Part shown: positions 1 through 9,045 of the stretch, piece by piece | How the letters are laid out: every line of letters begins with the position of its first letter | How positions within the stretch are numbered: the stretch's first letter is position 1 | Source of the DNA: an uncultured Gammaproteobacteria bacterium | GTDB taxonomy: Bacteria; Pseudomonadota; Gammaproteobacteria; SG8-11 | DNA length: 64,000 bases | Direction: 5' to 3' | Assembly (NCBI GenBank): GCA_964654485.1 | Contig: CAZZJI010000002.1 | Location: forward strand, 57,702 to 121,701 | Notes under the pieces: model-generated | What the model was told of the DNA's origin: nothing | What the model saw: the letters and a program-made list of their open reading frames with translations, nothing else | Databases searched by the model: none | Position numbers and translations under genes: made by a program

Positions 1-410
1 AATAATTGCAGAAATAATTTGCGACAATAACCAGCTTCCGGCGAGGGATTGCAGACAACGCCACGGGACCTATCCTCTGGCAATACCACTTTACTGTCGA
101 TCAACCGAACCCCCATAAATTGAGTTTTTTTTGTACGAAACTCAGCGTCTTCAAGATAATGAGCCGGGTAAACTTGCGTTCCATGCAAACCATGTCTTTT
201 GACCGTGGCTTCAAACGCCTGCTTAGCCTCTGTTTGGTTTTTTTTATACTCCGCGAGCAACTTCTCATAACGTTTCAGTTGACGTAATATTTCGGCGGCC
301 AATAACAAACGTTTTTCATCCAGGAAATCATAGGCATCAAGAACCACGCCATGTTCTTCGCGAAGCTGTAAAACGGCAGAGCGAGTGGCTACGTGTTCAC
401 TACTAAGCAT
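1..410 (-). CDS. ntpD: V/A-type ATPase subunit D (N-terminal part; gene runs off the left edge)
   Basis: Reverse-strand ATG at 410..408 gives MLSSEHVATRSAVLQLREEHGVVLDAYDFLDEKRLLLAAEILR..., resembling the N-terminus of V-type D subunits (PTRMxLLxLKxxL...LLKDKxDEL pattern). It overlaps the subunit B stop by 8 nt and is the last gene of the operon. It is not in the ORF track because it is truncated. Confidence 0.55.
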   Translation of the reverse strand, partial: MLSSEHVATRSAVLQLREEHGVVLDAYDFLDEKRLLLAAEILRQLKRYEKLLAEYKKNQTEAKQAFEATVKRHGLHGTQVYPAHYLEDAEFRTKKTQFMGVRLIDSKVVLPEDRSRGVVCNPSPEAGYCRKLFLQL

Positions 411-1800
411 CCTTTTTTACCTCACACGTGATATGACGTTGAATTTGTTCGTCATCCAGCCGGTTAAGCTCAACGACGGGTAACGTTCGCAGTAAACGCC
501 AACCAATCTCCATACTTTCTTCCAATGAGCGTGCACGGCTTTGCTGCACCAACTGTTGTTCGAATCGCTCACCAAAATCAAGAAAAATGCGATCCGTTTT
601 CGACAGACCTTCAGTACCCATCACACTCGCCAATACACGCACGTGCACCGCACTTGCATAGGCTGAATACAGTTGATTGGCCAAATCTGGATGATCGGCA
701 TCAGTAAAATCTTTACCCGTCCCATCCTTCATTAACCGTGACAAACTTGGCAGCACCTTGACAGGTGGGTAGATGTCGCGTCGATTTAATTCGCGATCCA
801 GCACTATCTGCCCCTCTGTGATGAAACCCGTCAGATCGGGGATAGGATGTGTAATATCATCTGCTGGCATCGTCAGCATAGGTAACTGAGTCAGTGAACC
901 TTTCTGTCCCTGAATGCAACCGGCACGCTCATAGAGACTGGCCATATCCGAATACATATAACCGGGATAACCTTTTCGACTCGGTACTTCGCCATGACTC
1001 GCAGAAACTTCGCGTAATGCTTCACAATAGTTCGTCATATCGGTCATGATCACTAACACGTGCCGGCCGTCTATAAACGCAAGATATTCGGCTGCGGTCA
1101 GCGCGTAACGCGGCGCCAATAATCGTTGCGTACTGGAATCGGACGCCAGGTTAAGAAATAACACGGTATGCTCAAGTGCACCGCTACTTTCCATCACGCG
1201 TCGGAAACGTTCGGCAACATCATATGATACACCTATCGCGACAAACACCACTGCAAAATCACCTTTGGCCTCAGCTCCCCGAATCCTCGCATGACACGCG
1301 ATCTGTGTGGCCATACGGTCGTGTGGAAGGCCACCACTTGAGAACACAGGCAATTTTTGACCACGCACCAAACTGTTCATCAAATCGATAGTGGAGATAC
1401 CTGTTTCAATAAAATCAGTCGGCATTGCGCGTGCGACTGGATTTATTGGCAGGCCATCGATCCTTAACCGCTGCTGGCTGGACACGGGTGGCCCACCATC
1501 CAGCGGTCGCCCCACGCCGTTAAGCACTCTGCCAAGCACATCAGAACCAACACCGAAGTGCAACGGCTCACCCAAAAAACGAACCCGTGTACCTAATAGT
1601 GACAATCCGCTGGTTGTTTCAAAAACTTCTATGATTAAACTATCTTCACCTAACGCAGCAATACGACCTAACCGCACTCTACCCTGCTCATCCAATACTT
1701 CCACGGCTTCATTCAAGCCAACATTGACGTTACGTTCCAGCGTCAGCAACGGGCCCTCAATTCGTTTAGCAGTGTGACTTGAATAGACATTAACCTGCAT
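403..1800 (-). CDS. ntpB: V/A-type ATPase subunit B (non-catalytic nucleotide-binding)
   Basis: Translation is typical for V-type B (GPLLTLERNV..., conserved alpha/beta ATPase core), but it lacks a Walker-A GxxxxGKT. The likely start is the internal Met (MQVNVYSSH) at 1800, not the ORF-track start at 1896. Confidence 0.88.
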   Translation of the reverse strand: MQVNVYSSHTAKRIEGPLLTLERNVNVGLNEAVEVLDEQGRVRLGRIAALGEDSLIIEVFETTSGLSLLGTRVRFLGEPLHFGVGSDVLGRVLNGVGRPLDGGPPVSSQQRLRIDGLPINPVARAMPTDFIETGISTIDLMNSLVRGQKLPVFSSGGLPHDRMATQIACHARIRGAEAKGDFAVVFVAIGVSYDVAERFRRVMESSGALEHTVLFLNLASDSSTQRLLAPRYALTAAEYLAFIDGRHVLVIMTDMTNYCEALREVSASHGEVPSRKGYPGYMYSDMASLYERAGCIQGQKGSLTQLPMLTMPADDITHPIPDLTGFITEGQIVLDRELNRRDIYPPVKVLPSLSRLMKDGTGKDFTDADHPDLANQLYSAYASAVHVRVLASVMGTEGLSKTDRIFLDFGERFEQQLVQQSRARSLEESMEIGWRLLRTLPVVELNRLDDEQIQRHITCEVKKDA

Positions 1801-3550
1801 ATTGCGCATCCTGTTTAAGCAAACTGGAGAAGGCGTTTTCCATATCGCCAAACAGAACATCATATTGTTGCAACGCATCTTCACCAATATCTTCATTCAT
1901 GCGCCGCAAGCGCCGCATAATCGGCATCGCCGAAATTTGTTCTACATTGACTTTATGCTCTATTGCCTGCTCAGATAGGTCAATAAAATGGTTAATCAGT
2001 TGCATCATAATGGCTTGACGTCTTGGAGAACAATAGCGATCCGTTTCTGAAAAAGCGGACTGGCGAAGAAAGGCCTCGTTGATTAATTCCGCACAAATTA
2101 GCACTTGCTGTTGACGCGGCGGCAACGCATCTTTGCCAACTATGCGTGCCATGCGCTCCAAACGGGACTGCTCCTCCAGTAATGTCAAAAAACGTCTGCG
2201 CTGGCTTAACCATTCAGGATGATCGTGTTGCCGCCAAAAATCTACCAGATCATCGACATCACCGGAATAAGATTGCAATGGATGGATGGCCGGATAAAAA
2301 CGCGCTTGCGCCCGGACGCTATCTAATAACCAGAATACGCGTACATAGCGCTTTGTGTGAATCGTCACTGGCTCTGAAAAATCCGCAGAAGGCGGGCTTA
2401 TTGCACCTATTATACTCAAGGAGCCCACTTTGCCGCACAACGCACGCACATGCGCTGCGCGCTCATAGAAATCAGCAAGACGGCTGCTAAGATAGGCCGG
2501 AAAACCCGCTTCGCTTGGGATCTCTCCAAGACGCCCGGACACTTCCCGAAGTGCTTCCGCCCAACGACTGGTCGAATCCGCCATCAAGGCAACGCGCAAA
2601 CCCTGATCACGAAAATATTCTGCTGCAGTAACTGCGGTGTAAATACTTGCCTCGCGTGCCGCAACAGGCATATTCGATGTGTTGGCGATAATAACTGAAC
2701 GCTCCATTAATGGCCGTCCGGTTCGAGGATCCTCCAATTTCGGCAGATCATGTAACACGCCCGCCATTTCGTTGCCTCTCTCGCCACAACCAACGTAAAC
2801 AATCACATCCGCATCGCACCATTTTGCAAAGTTCTCTTGCAGTACGGTTTTCCCAGTGCCGAAACCACCGGGCATGGCGGCACGACCACCGCACGCGAGC
2901 GGGAAGAGACTGTCAAAAACCCGCTGCCCTGTTAACAAGGGTCCCCAGGTTGATAAACGTTCTCTTATTGGACGTGGTTTCCGTACTGGCCAAACATGAC
3001 TCATAGCCAGCGCATGTTCCTTGCCATCAACATCAAGCAGTTTGCATATCGTTTGTTTGTCGTCGTATTCACCTTCTGCAACCAACCATTGTATTTTTCC
3101 ACAAATACCCGGTGGCACGAGACAGTGCTGTCGCCGCCCCTGCACCAGGGGCATGACCGCCCCAATGACTGCGCCAGGTTTTAACTCATCCCCCACGCGA
3201 ACAACAGGTGAGAACCTGAATGTACTGGCGATAATGGGTTGTATACCAGGCTGAACATAAGTGCCGCCGTTTAATGATAAAGGTCGTAACAATCCATCAA
3301 ATATACCGCCAAGAATCCCTGGACCCAATTTAACCGACAGCGGCAACCCATTACTTTTTATTTTGTCACCTGGTCTTAGTCCACTGGTATCTTCATAAAC
3401 TTGTATCACGATTTCGTTTTTATCAATACGAATAATCTCGCCCAATAGTCGTTGATCACCCACTAACGCAACTTCGCTGATGTGAAAAATTTCCTCTGTC
3501 CTTGCTCGCAGCACTGGACCACCGATCCAGGTTATCGTGGCTTTACTCAC
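1790..3550 (-). CDS. ntpA: V/A-type ATPase catalytic subunit A
   Basis: Walker A GGFGTGKTVLQ, the V-type A N-terminal beta-barrel (GPVLRARTEE...) and the non-homologous insert region are present. The likely GTG start at 3550 (VSKATITWIGGPV) overlaps subunit E by 8 nt. Confidence 0.9.
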   Translation of the reverse strand: MSKATITWIGGPVLRARTEEIFHISEVALVGDQRLLGEIIRIDKNEIVIQVYEDTSGLRPGDKIKSNGLPLSVKLGPGILGGIFDGLLRPLSLNGGTYVQPGIQPIIASTFRFSPVVRVGDELKPGAVIGAVMPLVQGRRQHCLVPPGICGKIQWLVAEGEYDDKQTICKLLDVDGKEHALAMSHVWPVRKPRPIRERLSTWGPLLTGQRVFDSLFPLACGGRAAMPGGFGTGKTVLQENFAKWCDADVIVYVGCGERGNEMAGVLHDLPKLEDPRTGRPLMERSVIIANTSNMPVAAREASIYTAVTAAEYFRDQGLRVALMADSTSRWAEALREVSGRLGEIPSEAGFPAYLSSRLADFYERAAHVRALCGKVGSLSIIGAISPPSADFSEPVTIHTKRYVRVFWLLDSVRAQARFYPAIHPLQSYSGDVDDLVDFWRQHDHPEWLSQRRRFLTLLEEQSRLERMARIVGKDALPPRQQQVLICAELINEAFLRQSAFSETDRYCSPRRQAIMMQLINHFIDLSEQAIEHKVNVEQISAMPIMRRLRRMNEDIGEDALQQYDVLFGDMENAFSSLLKQDAQYAG

Positions 3551-4250
3551 TTGGCTTGTCCTTTTCTTTATCAGCCTGTTGCAAATCACCACACCGTATT
3601 CTGTATTGCGCAAGGAATTCCGCCTCAATACGAGAACGATTAACTAACAAACCTGATAATGTCCCATCGACGACCAAACCATTTGAACTAATACGAATAC
3701 CTGCTGATATATCCCGATTTACCACTAATGTTGAAGATTGGCCAGTTTGCTTAACAGTTTGTTTAGCTGTTTGTTTAGTTATGCATTCACGCAGTTGCTG
3801 CTTTTCTGCCACTGAGCAATCAGCGGGATATTCTATTCTCCAGTCATCGGTTAGCAACATCGTGGATGCAATACCCAATATATGTTCTATCCAGACCCGG
3901 CGTTGCTCCGGTAATTGCCAGCGTGACACAAGCATTTGTTGCAATTTATCCAGAGCGAATTTCAATAACCGCTGGTCACATCGGTACTGACGTTGTTTTT
4001 TTTCGGTTTGTTGTTTAGCTTTTGCTACGTCAATTTCCTGTTGTATTCTTTCACGGTTATCCAATACAACTTGGTGCATTCGCTTGCGCGCATCATGATG
4101 GGCTTGTTGAATGAGTCCCCCGGCTTGCTGACGTGCTTTGGCCTTTTCTGCTTCGCAGTATTCCTTATGATAACTTTGCACTACGTCTAATAAGCGCTCG
4201 ACTTGTGCATCAACGATACTGTCTGCTACTTTACTGTGCGCTAATGTCAT
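3543..4250 (-). CDS. ntpE: V/A-type ATPase subunit E (peripheral stalk)
   Basis: Charged coiled-coil N-terminus and a C-terminal globular segment (GIRISSNGLVVDGTLSGLL...RIEAEF) typical of E subunits. Position between F and A. Confidence 0.6.
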   Translation of the reverse strand: MTLAHSKVADSIVDAQVERLLDVVQSYHKEYCEAEKAKARQQAGGLIQQAHHDARKRMHQVVLDNRERIQQEIDVAKAKQQTEKKQRQYRCDQRLLKFALDKLQQMLVSRWQLPEQRRVWIEHILGIASTMLLTDDWRIEYPADCSVAEKQQLRECITKQTAKQTVKQTGQSSTLVVNRDISAGIRISSNGLVVDGTLSGLLVNRSRIEAEFLAQYRIRCGDLQQADKEKDKPSE

Positions 4251-4549
4251 TCCACTATACCCAGTTGGGTACGCAATCGTGTATTTAAATTTTCCATTGT
4301 TGTTTTCGCCCTGATATCAGGGACAACCAAAATGGCTGGTGATTCCTGACTGACGAAACGTTCAAAGTCTTTGGTTGGCAACATGGCGGCATACTCTGAG
4401 GTAATTAATATCAATGTTGCATGATGGCAGGCCCATTCAATCACGTTTATGAGTTCTTTAGCTTCAAGCAGTGGTGTTCTGATTCTTACCCCTGCCATAC
4501 GAAACCCGGCGGCACTTATCTCATCACCTATAAAAACAGGCGCTGTCAT
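4247..4549 (-). CDS. ntpF: V/A-type ATPase subunit F
   Basis: 100 aa, MTAPVFIGDEISAAGFRMAGV..., matching the V-type F N-terminal motif (IAVIGDxDTVxGFRLAGV). ATGA overlap with E. Confidence 0.7.
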   Translation of the reverse strand: MTAPVFIGDEISAAGFRMAGVRIRTPLLEAKELINVIEWACHHATLILITSEYAAMLPTKDFERFVSQESPAILVVPDIRAKTTMENLNTRLRTQLGIVE

Positions 4550-4550
4550 G

Positions 4551-4904
4551 TTAAATCAACTCGTTGAGGATAAGAATTGAAATAATGAGTCCGTAGATAG
4601 CGATACCTTCTGCAAGTCCCACCATTATTAACACACGGCCAAGCAATTCCGGTTTTTCTGCCATTGCCCCAATAGCGGCACTGCCAACAGCGGCCACGGC
4701 ATACCCAGCACCCAGTGCAGACAAACCCGTCGCCAACGCCGCTGCCAAAAACCCCCATTTCAAAACCTCCGGTGACAATTGAGCAGCGCTCACCGTTCCC
4801 TCAGCAAGTGCTAATGGTGTGAACCATAATAGTAGACTGGCAGCGGCAACGATGATGCCGCTGACAGCAATAAACTTGACGAGCCTGTTACTTTGCATGT
4901 CCAT
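4551..4904 (-). CDS. ntpK: V/A-type ATPase proteolipid subunit K (c)
   Basis: Gly/Ala-rich two-helix hairpin GLSALGAGYAVAAVGSAAIGAMAEKPELLGRVLIMVGLAEGIAIYGLI with the conserved ion-binding Glu. There is an extra N-terminal hydrophobic segment. Confidence 0.75.
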   Translation of the reverse strand: MDMQSNRLVKFIAVSGIIVAAASLLLWFTPLALAEGTVSAAQLSPEVLKWGFLAAALATGLSALGAGYAVAAVGSAAIGAMAEKPELLGRVLIMVGLAEGIAIYGLIISILILNELI

Positions 4905-6777
4905 GTTGTTCTCCTTGGTAATTTTTGCGCAGCTGTTGCAGTTGTTGTTGCGATGTTTGTTTTGTGGTTTGTGGTGCTACCAGGGGCCGGAATACACGGC
5001 CGGTGCCGCGTAAAAAACGGATAAAAAATTCAAATAAAATCAGACGCGTGGTTTGAATGGAGACCACCATGCCTTCCAAAACAAGAATAATAATGTTACC
5101 TGTTATAATAACAATACCTGCCAATATAATATTATCCAGCGTATTCGCCAATACCATGACGGCCAACGATAAGCCTGCGTGTGCCAAGGCAAACGCACCA
5201 ACACGAATAAAAGAAATGGTATTTATTATTAACTGCAATAAATTTTCCAGAAGCTGCCCTAATGCCACGCCAAGTGCCTGCGCGATGTGACCTGTTGCCA
5301 CGGCTGCATTACCTGCAAAGTACCAGCATAGACCGAAGACAAATGCCACAATAAACCAGAAATTGATAAAACTACCAATGATCCCGAGATACATCACAAT
5401 AACTGCGGCATCAATCAGTAACCAACGTGTTAGTTCCGCCCGCCAGTAGGCTTGCACGCTGTTTAACAACAATCCGAGAAATAAAATGACAATGCCTCCT
5501 ATCATTGGTAAAAAAAGAACGTGTAGCGGTTCTTCAATTGGATTAACCCATAAAGGCTCAATCACGTGCTCAATGCTAAATACACTACCAAAGATAAACC
5601 CAAATACCATCGACGCAATACCACAGCCAATCAATACCTTGAGTATTGGCCAGCGTTTTTGCAACAAAACACCTATCATAAAAAGCACCATGCCTTGACC
5701 AACATCACCGAACATGTACCCAAATAACAATGGTACGACAACCGTTAACAACATGGAGGGATCTATTTCATCTTTCGCAGGCGTGCCCAGCAACTTAGCA
5801 AAAAATTCAAAGGGCTGTGTCCATCCAGGATTGCGCATCACCATAGGTGATTTTAAACCCATCGGCGGCGATGGATAATGTATGACTGCGCGTACTGTCG
5901 TTTTCTCTAGCAAGCAGTTAAGTCGCGTACCACTTACATCATTTGTCCAACCGGTAATCCAGGCGAAATTCTCAGTCACTGGTAAATCATTGATATGGGT
6001 CAGAAACCACTCTATCTGTTGAATATCACCCAGCGCCTTGGTTAATTTATGAGTTTCAGACAGTTCAGCAATCCTCTGTTTATGTTGATGTATATCCTGC
6101 TGAATTTTATTCAAACGATGTTGTACCTGGTCATAGGCTTGCCATCTGTTGCCCGCCAACCATTTGGGCAATATTACTACACGACCTTTGAGCACGATCA
6201 GGTCGTGCTGCAATGAATTAAGATCACTGGTTGATCCAACAGACAACAGAAAAATATGTTGATCGGTAGTAACACGAACTATCAACACAGATGGGGGTAA
6301 ATGCGCGATGCGGGCCGCTATCGGTAAAATAAACAGTCGTGGCATAACTACCGGGCCAGCATTGACAAAATAACTGAAATCGATAATGTCACTTTGCATG
6401 TTCATAAAAAATTCTGATAATAAGGATAACTCGATCTGTTCATTTTGCAAAGTTTCGACCAGGTTAATGACCGAGTCCACCGCCTGCTTCCATGCATTGA
6501 GCTTTTCCATGGCGTTATCCATTCTTTCGGCGGGTTGCCCGGGAACGTCGGAAGGAGACAGATCCTGATTCGGCCAATAAACTTGATAACGTCGCATCAG
6601 CCGGTTGTAGTCTTCAAGCCGATCACGTAGATCAGGCATTATGGCCCGTTTGGTTATTTCGCTGTGTGTTTCCAGCTCAACATTTCCCGAGCGAGCCAGC
6701 GCGTCAGCCATTTTCAATAAATCATCCCGAGCAATCAGTATTTCAAACCAACGAGCAGAAACGGGTCGTAGCGTCAC
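4888..6777 (-). CDS. ntpI: V/A-type ATPase subunit I (a-subunit; membrane stator)
   Basis: 629 aa with a soluble coiled-coil N-terminal half and a polytopic C-terminal half. Position and size match subunit I. Confidence 0.8.
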   Translation of the reverse strand: MTLRPVSARWFEILIARDDLLKMADALARSGNVELETHSEITKRAIMPDLRDRLEDYNRLMRRYQVYWPNQDLSPSDVPGQPAERMDNAMEKLNAWKQAVDSVINLVETLQNEQIELSLLSEFFMNMQSDIIDFSYFVNAGPVVMPRLFILPIAARIAHLPPSVLIVRVTTDQHIFLLSVGSTSDLNSLQHDLIVLKGRVVILPKWLAGNRWQAYDQVQHRLNKIQQDIHQHKQRIAELSETHKLTKALGDIQQIEWFLTHINDLPVTENFAWITGWTNDVSGTRLNCLLEKTTVRAVIHYPSPPMGLKSPMVMRNPGWTQPFEFFAKLLGTPAKDEIDPSMLLTVVVPLLFGYMFGDVGQGMVLFMIGVLLQKRWPILKVLIGCGIASMVFGFIFGSVFSIEHVIEPLWVNPIEEPLHVLFLPMIGGIVILFLGLLLNSVQAYWRAELTRWLLIDAAVIVMYLGIIGSFINFWFIVAFVFGLCWYFAGNAAVATGHIAQALGVALGQLLENLLQLIINTISFIRVGAFALAHAGLSLAVMVLANTLDNIILAGIVIITGNIIILVLEGMVVSIQTTRLILFEFFIRFLRGTGRVFRPLVAPQTTKQTSQQQLQQLRKNYQGEQHGHAK

Positions 6778-7583
6778 ATCCCCTCCTCCCGGCGTCTGGC
6801 AAATAAACTACGTTGAATGATATTACCCCGTAGACGTTCAATATCCAGCGCCACCAGTGCCAGATGTATAAATGTCGCAACAGCTTGAAAGTTATATTTA
6901 CGAAACAAAATCCTCAGTTGTCTAACTAATGTTTCCCGTGTTTGCCAGGTGTGGTTTAAAGGACTTTGGCGAAAACTAACCAGGTGTTGATTTAATAGTG
7001 CAATAAGTTGTAATAGTGGTTGAGCATGTTTAGTATTTTTCACTGGCCATAAACTTTGCCAGTGTTGTACCCAGGCATCGGGTAATGTCATTCCGGATTG
7101 CCATGCCGGTATTAATGGTGCGTAACCGGATTGTTTCATGTACTCAATGCGTAGTTCCGGATTGGTGATACTAAAACGTTTTAAGCGTGGATTATCTAGC
7201 ATCCATGTCAACGCGGTATTACCGGTCAACAGGTATTGAAACGCGGGCAAATCAGGCAAATATTTAGTCCAATAGACTGATTTTTTCCATTGTTGAGGCT
7301 GCCATAGCGCAACCTCATCGATATAAAGAAGATATTGATTAATCAGGTTGGTTTCCAGCGTATGGTAATCATCGTGTTCATGCAAACTCAGCACCCAGGG
7401 CCGTAAAACAGTACGACGCGCATTTTGCAAATAACCCGCCAATTCTTTAAACGTTTCAAGCTGTTGCCAGGTACGTTCATCAGGCCGATCACCATGGCGA
7501 GCATGTAATCTGGCCTGTACATATGCGAATGTTGCAAGTTGATTCATGAACTTATCTCGTGCTAGTAATTTTTGTTGCATCAA
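6774..7583 (-). CDS. V/A-type ATPase subunit C/d-like (central stalk socket) protein
   Basis: 269-aa helical, Trp/Leu-rich protein inside the operon, with a 4-nt overlap with I. The assignment is by context and helical character only; it is shorter than typical d subunits. Confidence 0.45.
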   Translation of the reverse strand: MMQQKLLARDKFMNQLATFAYVQARLHARHGDRPDERTWQQLETFKELAGYLQNARRTVLRPWVLSLHEHDDYHTLETNLINQYLLYIDEVALWQPQQWKKSVYWTKYLPDLPAFQYLLTGNTALTWMLDNPRLKRFSITNPELRIEYMKQSGYAPLIPAWQSGMTLPDAWVQHWQSLWPVKNTKHAQPLLQLIALLNQHLVSFRQSPLNHTWQTRETLVRQLRILFRKYNFQAVATFIHLALVALDIERLRGNIIQRSLFARRREEGM

Positions 7584-7926
7584 GCTGTGTTGTAGTCAGC
7601 GCAACAGCAATTTGATCCAGCACGTCAGACATCGCTACAATATCAAATCGATCTTCTTGCTCATCCTCTTTTAGTTGTTTTGACACATGTTGCATACGAG
7701 TTATCTCGTCAGAAATCTTTCGACTACAGCGCTGATGAATTCGGGCAATTCGATTGTTATTTCGCTCACCAATGCGGCGAGCCGTTTGACGTGCTTGTTC
7801 GAGGATACGCTCAGTATCTGCTACACATTGTGCAACTTGTTGCTGGGCGTCACGCTCGGCCTTAAGCACATCATTAATTGCTTGGTCTGTGGTGATGCTG
7901 GCCTTATTGGTAGATTTTTTTTTCAT
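7552..7926 (-). CDS. V/A-type ATPase subunit G/H-like (small charged coiled-coil stalk protein)
   Basis: 124-aa, highly charged predicted coiled coil (AERDAQQQVAQ...EQARQTARR). It is the first gene of the operon, as in Thermus/Enterococcus ntp operons. Confidence 0.4.
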   Translation of the reverse strand: MKKKSTNKASITTDQAINDVLKAERDAQQQVAQCVADTERILEQARQTARRIGERNNNRIARIHQRCSRKISDEITRMQHVSKQLKEDEQEDRFDIVAMSDVLDQIAVALTTTQLDATKITSTR

Positions 7927-7996
7927 AATGTGTAGTTCGAATGTGTCAGATTAAATAACCTGTTTTTTATCCAAAAACACCTGGAAGGCACCTTAA

Positions 7997-8995
7997 TTAA
8001 CAAATTCTCGGCAATGGATCATCTTCCAATTCCTCCAGAATACGCTCACCACCGAGTTCTGTCTCCAGCACAACCCGCGACATACCACTGTCTACTTCAC
8101 CGATAAGATGACTATCAGCACCTTCTGGCATAGCTCGCCAACGGTCAAGCGCTTTGTCAACATCTTGTTTCGATACCACAGTAACAACCCGTCCTTCACA
8201 AGCCAGGTACAACGGATCATAACCGAGCATCTCGCATACAGCGTTCACTGGATCACGCACTGGAATATTTACATACTGAATGCGTAAACCGTATTTTGTT
8301 GCCTGGCTAATTTCGTGCAGCACAGTGGCCACTCCACCCCGTGTGGGGTCGCGCATGAACCGCAGGCCAGGCAAGTCATACAGTGCATTGCACAGTGCCA
8401 TTACATTAGCAGAATCAGATTGAACATTGCCTTTAAGACCGAACTGTTCGCGTGCAAGCATAATAGCGGCACCGTGGTCACCCACCGGCCCACTGACCAG
8501 CACTTGATCCCCGGGGATAATATTTTTCAGACCAAGAGACAAGCCTTTTTTTCTTTCACCAATACCTGTCGTGGTGAAATACACTCCACTGCCCTCACCG
8601 CGAGGTACAACTTTTGTATCACCACATACAATCTGCACCCCGGATCCAGTAGCGGCTTCAGCCATCGCATGGATAATACGTTCCAGTGTCTTTAATTCCA
8701 GCCCTTCCTCAATAATGGCTGACAAACTGAGATATTTTGCGATAGCACCGCTGACCGCAAGATCGTTGACTGTCCCATGAATGGCAAGTGAACCGATATT
8801 GCCACCAGGAAATTCCAGAGGTTTTACCGTAAAACCATCCACACTCATCATCAGATCACCCGCAAGCACGGGCAGCTTTACGGCATCGGCATTGGAATCA
8901 AGTAGCGGGTTGGCCAACTGACTGGCGAACACCTCCTCAATAAGCTGTCGCATGTAACGCCCACCATTACCATGAGCCAACGTGATATGTGTCAT
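7997..8995 (-). CDS. hypE: Hydrogenase maturation carbamoyl dehydratase HypE
   Basis: 332 aa with an AIR-synthase-like fold signature and a C-terminal ...PRIC ending in the conserved Cys. Confidence 0.9.
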   Translation of the reverse strand: MTHITLAHGNGGRYMRQLIEEVFASQLANPLLDSNADAVKLPVLAGDLMMSVDGFTVKPLEFPGGNIGSLAIHGTVNDLAVSGAIAKYLSLSAIIEEGLELKTLERIIHAMAEAATGSGVQIVCGDTKVVPRGEGSGVYFTTTGIGERKKGLSLGLKNIIPGDQVLVSGPVGDHGAAIMLAREQFGLKGNVQSDSANVMALCNALYDLPGLRFMRDPTRGGVATVLHEISQATKYGLRIQYVNIPVRDPVNAVCEMLGYDPLYLACEGRVVTVVSKQDVDKALDRWRAMPEGADSHLIGEVDSGMSRVVLETELGGERILEELEDDPLPRIC

Positions 8996-9045
8996 GATTA
9001 ACCTTCTTCTTTATATCGAGTTTATACCCATCACAAATAGATATA

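Noticed and set aside
1176-3254. Multiple plus-strand ORFs (1176-1391, 1391-1777, 2146-2490, 2450-2698, 2710-3006, 2996-3184, 3021-3254) inside the V-ATPase A/B genes
   Set aside because: They lie antisense to strongly supported, motif-bearing ATPase genes. Their translations are low-complexity, Arg/Ser/Pro-rich shadow ORFs.
403-3550. Possibility that the A/B ATPase pair is a flagellar/T3SS or F-type ATPase
   Set aside because: The pair is accompanied by a V-type proteolipid, an I (a) subunit, and F, E and D subunits. Subunit A has the V-type non-homologous insert and is 587 aa long.
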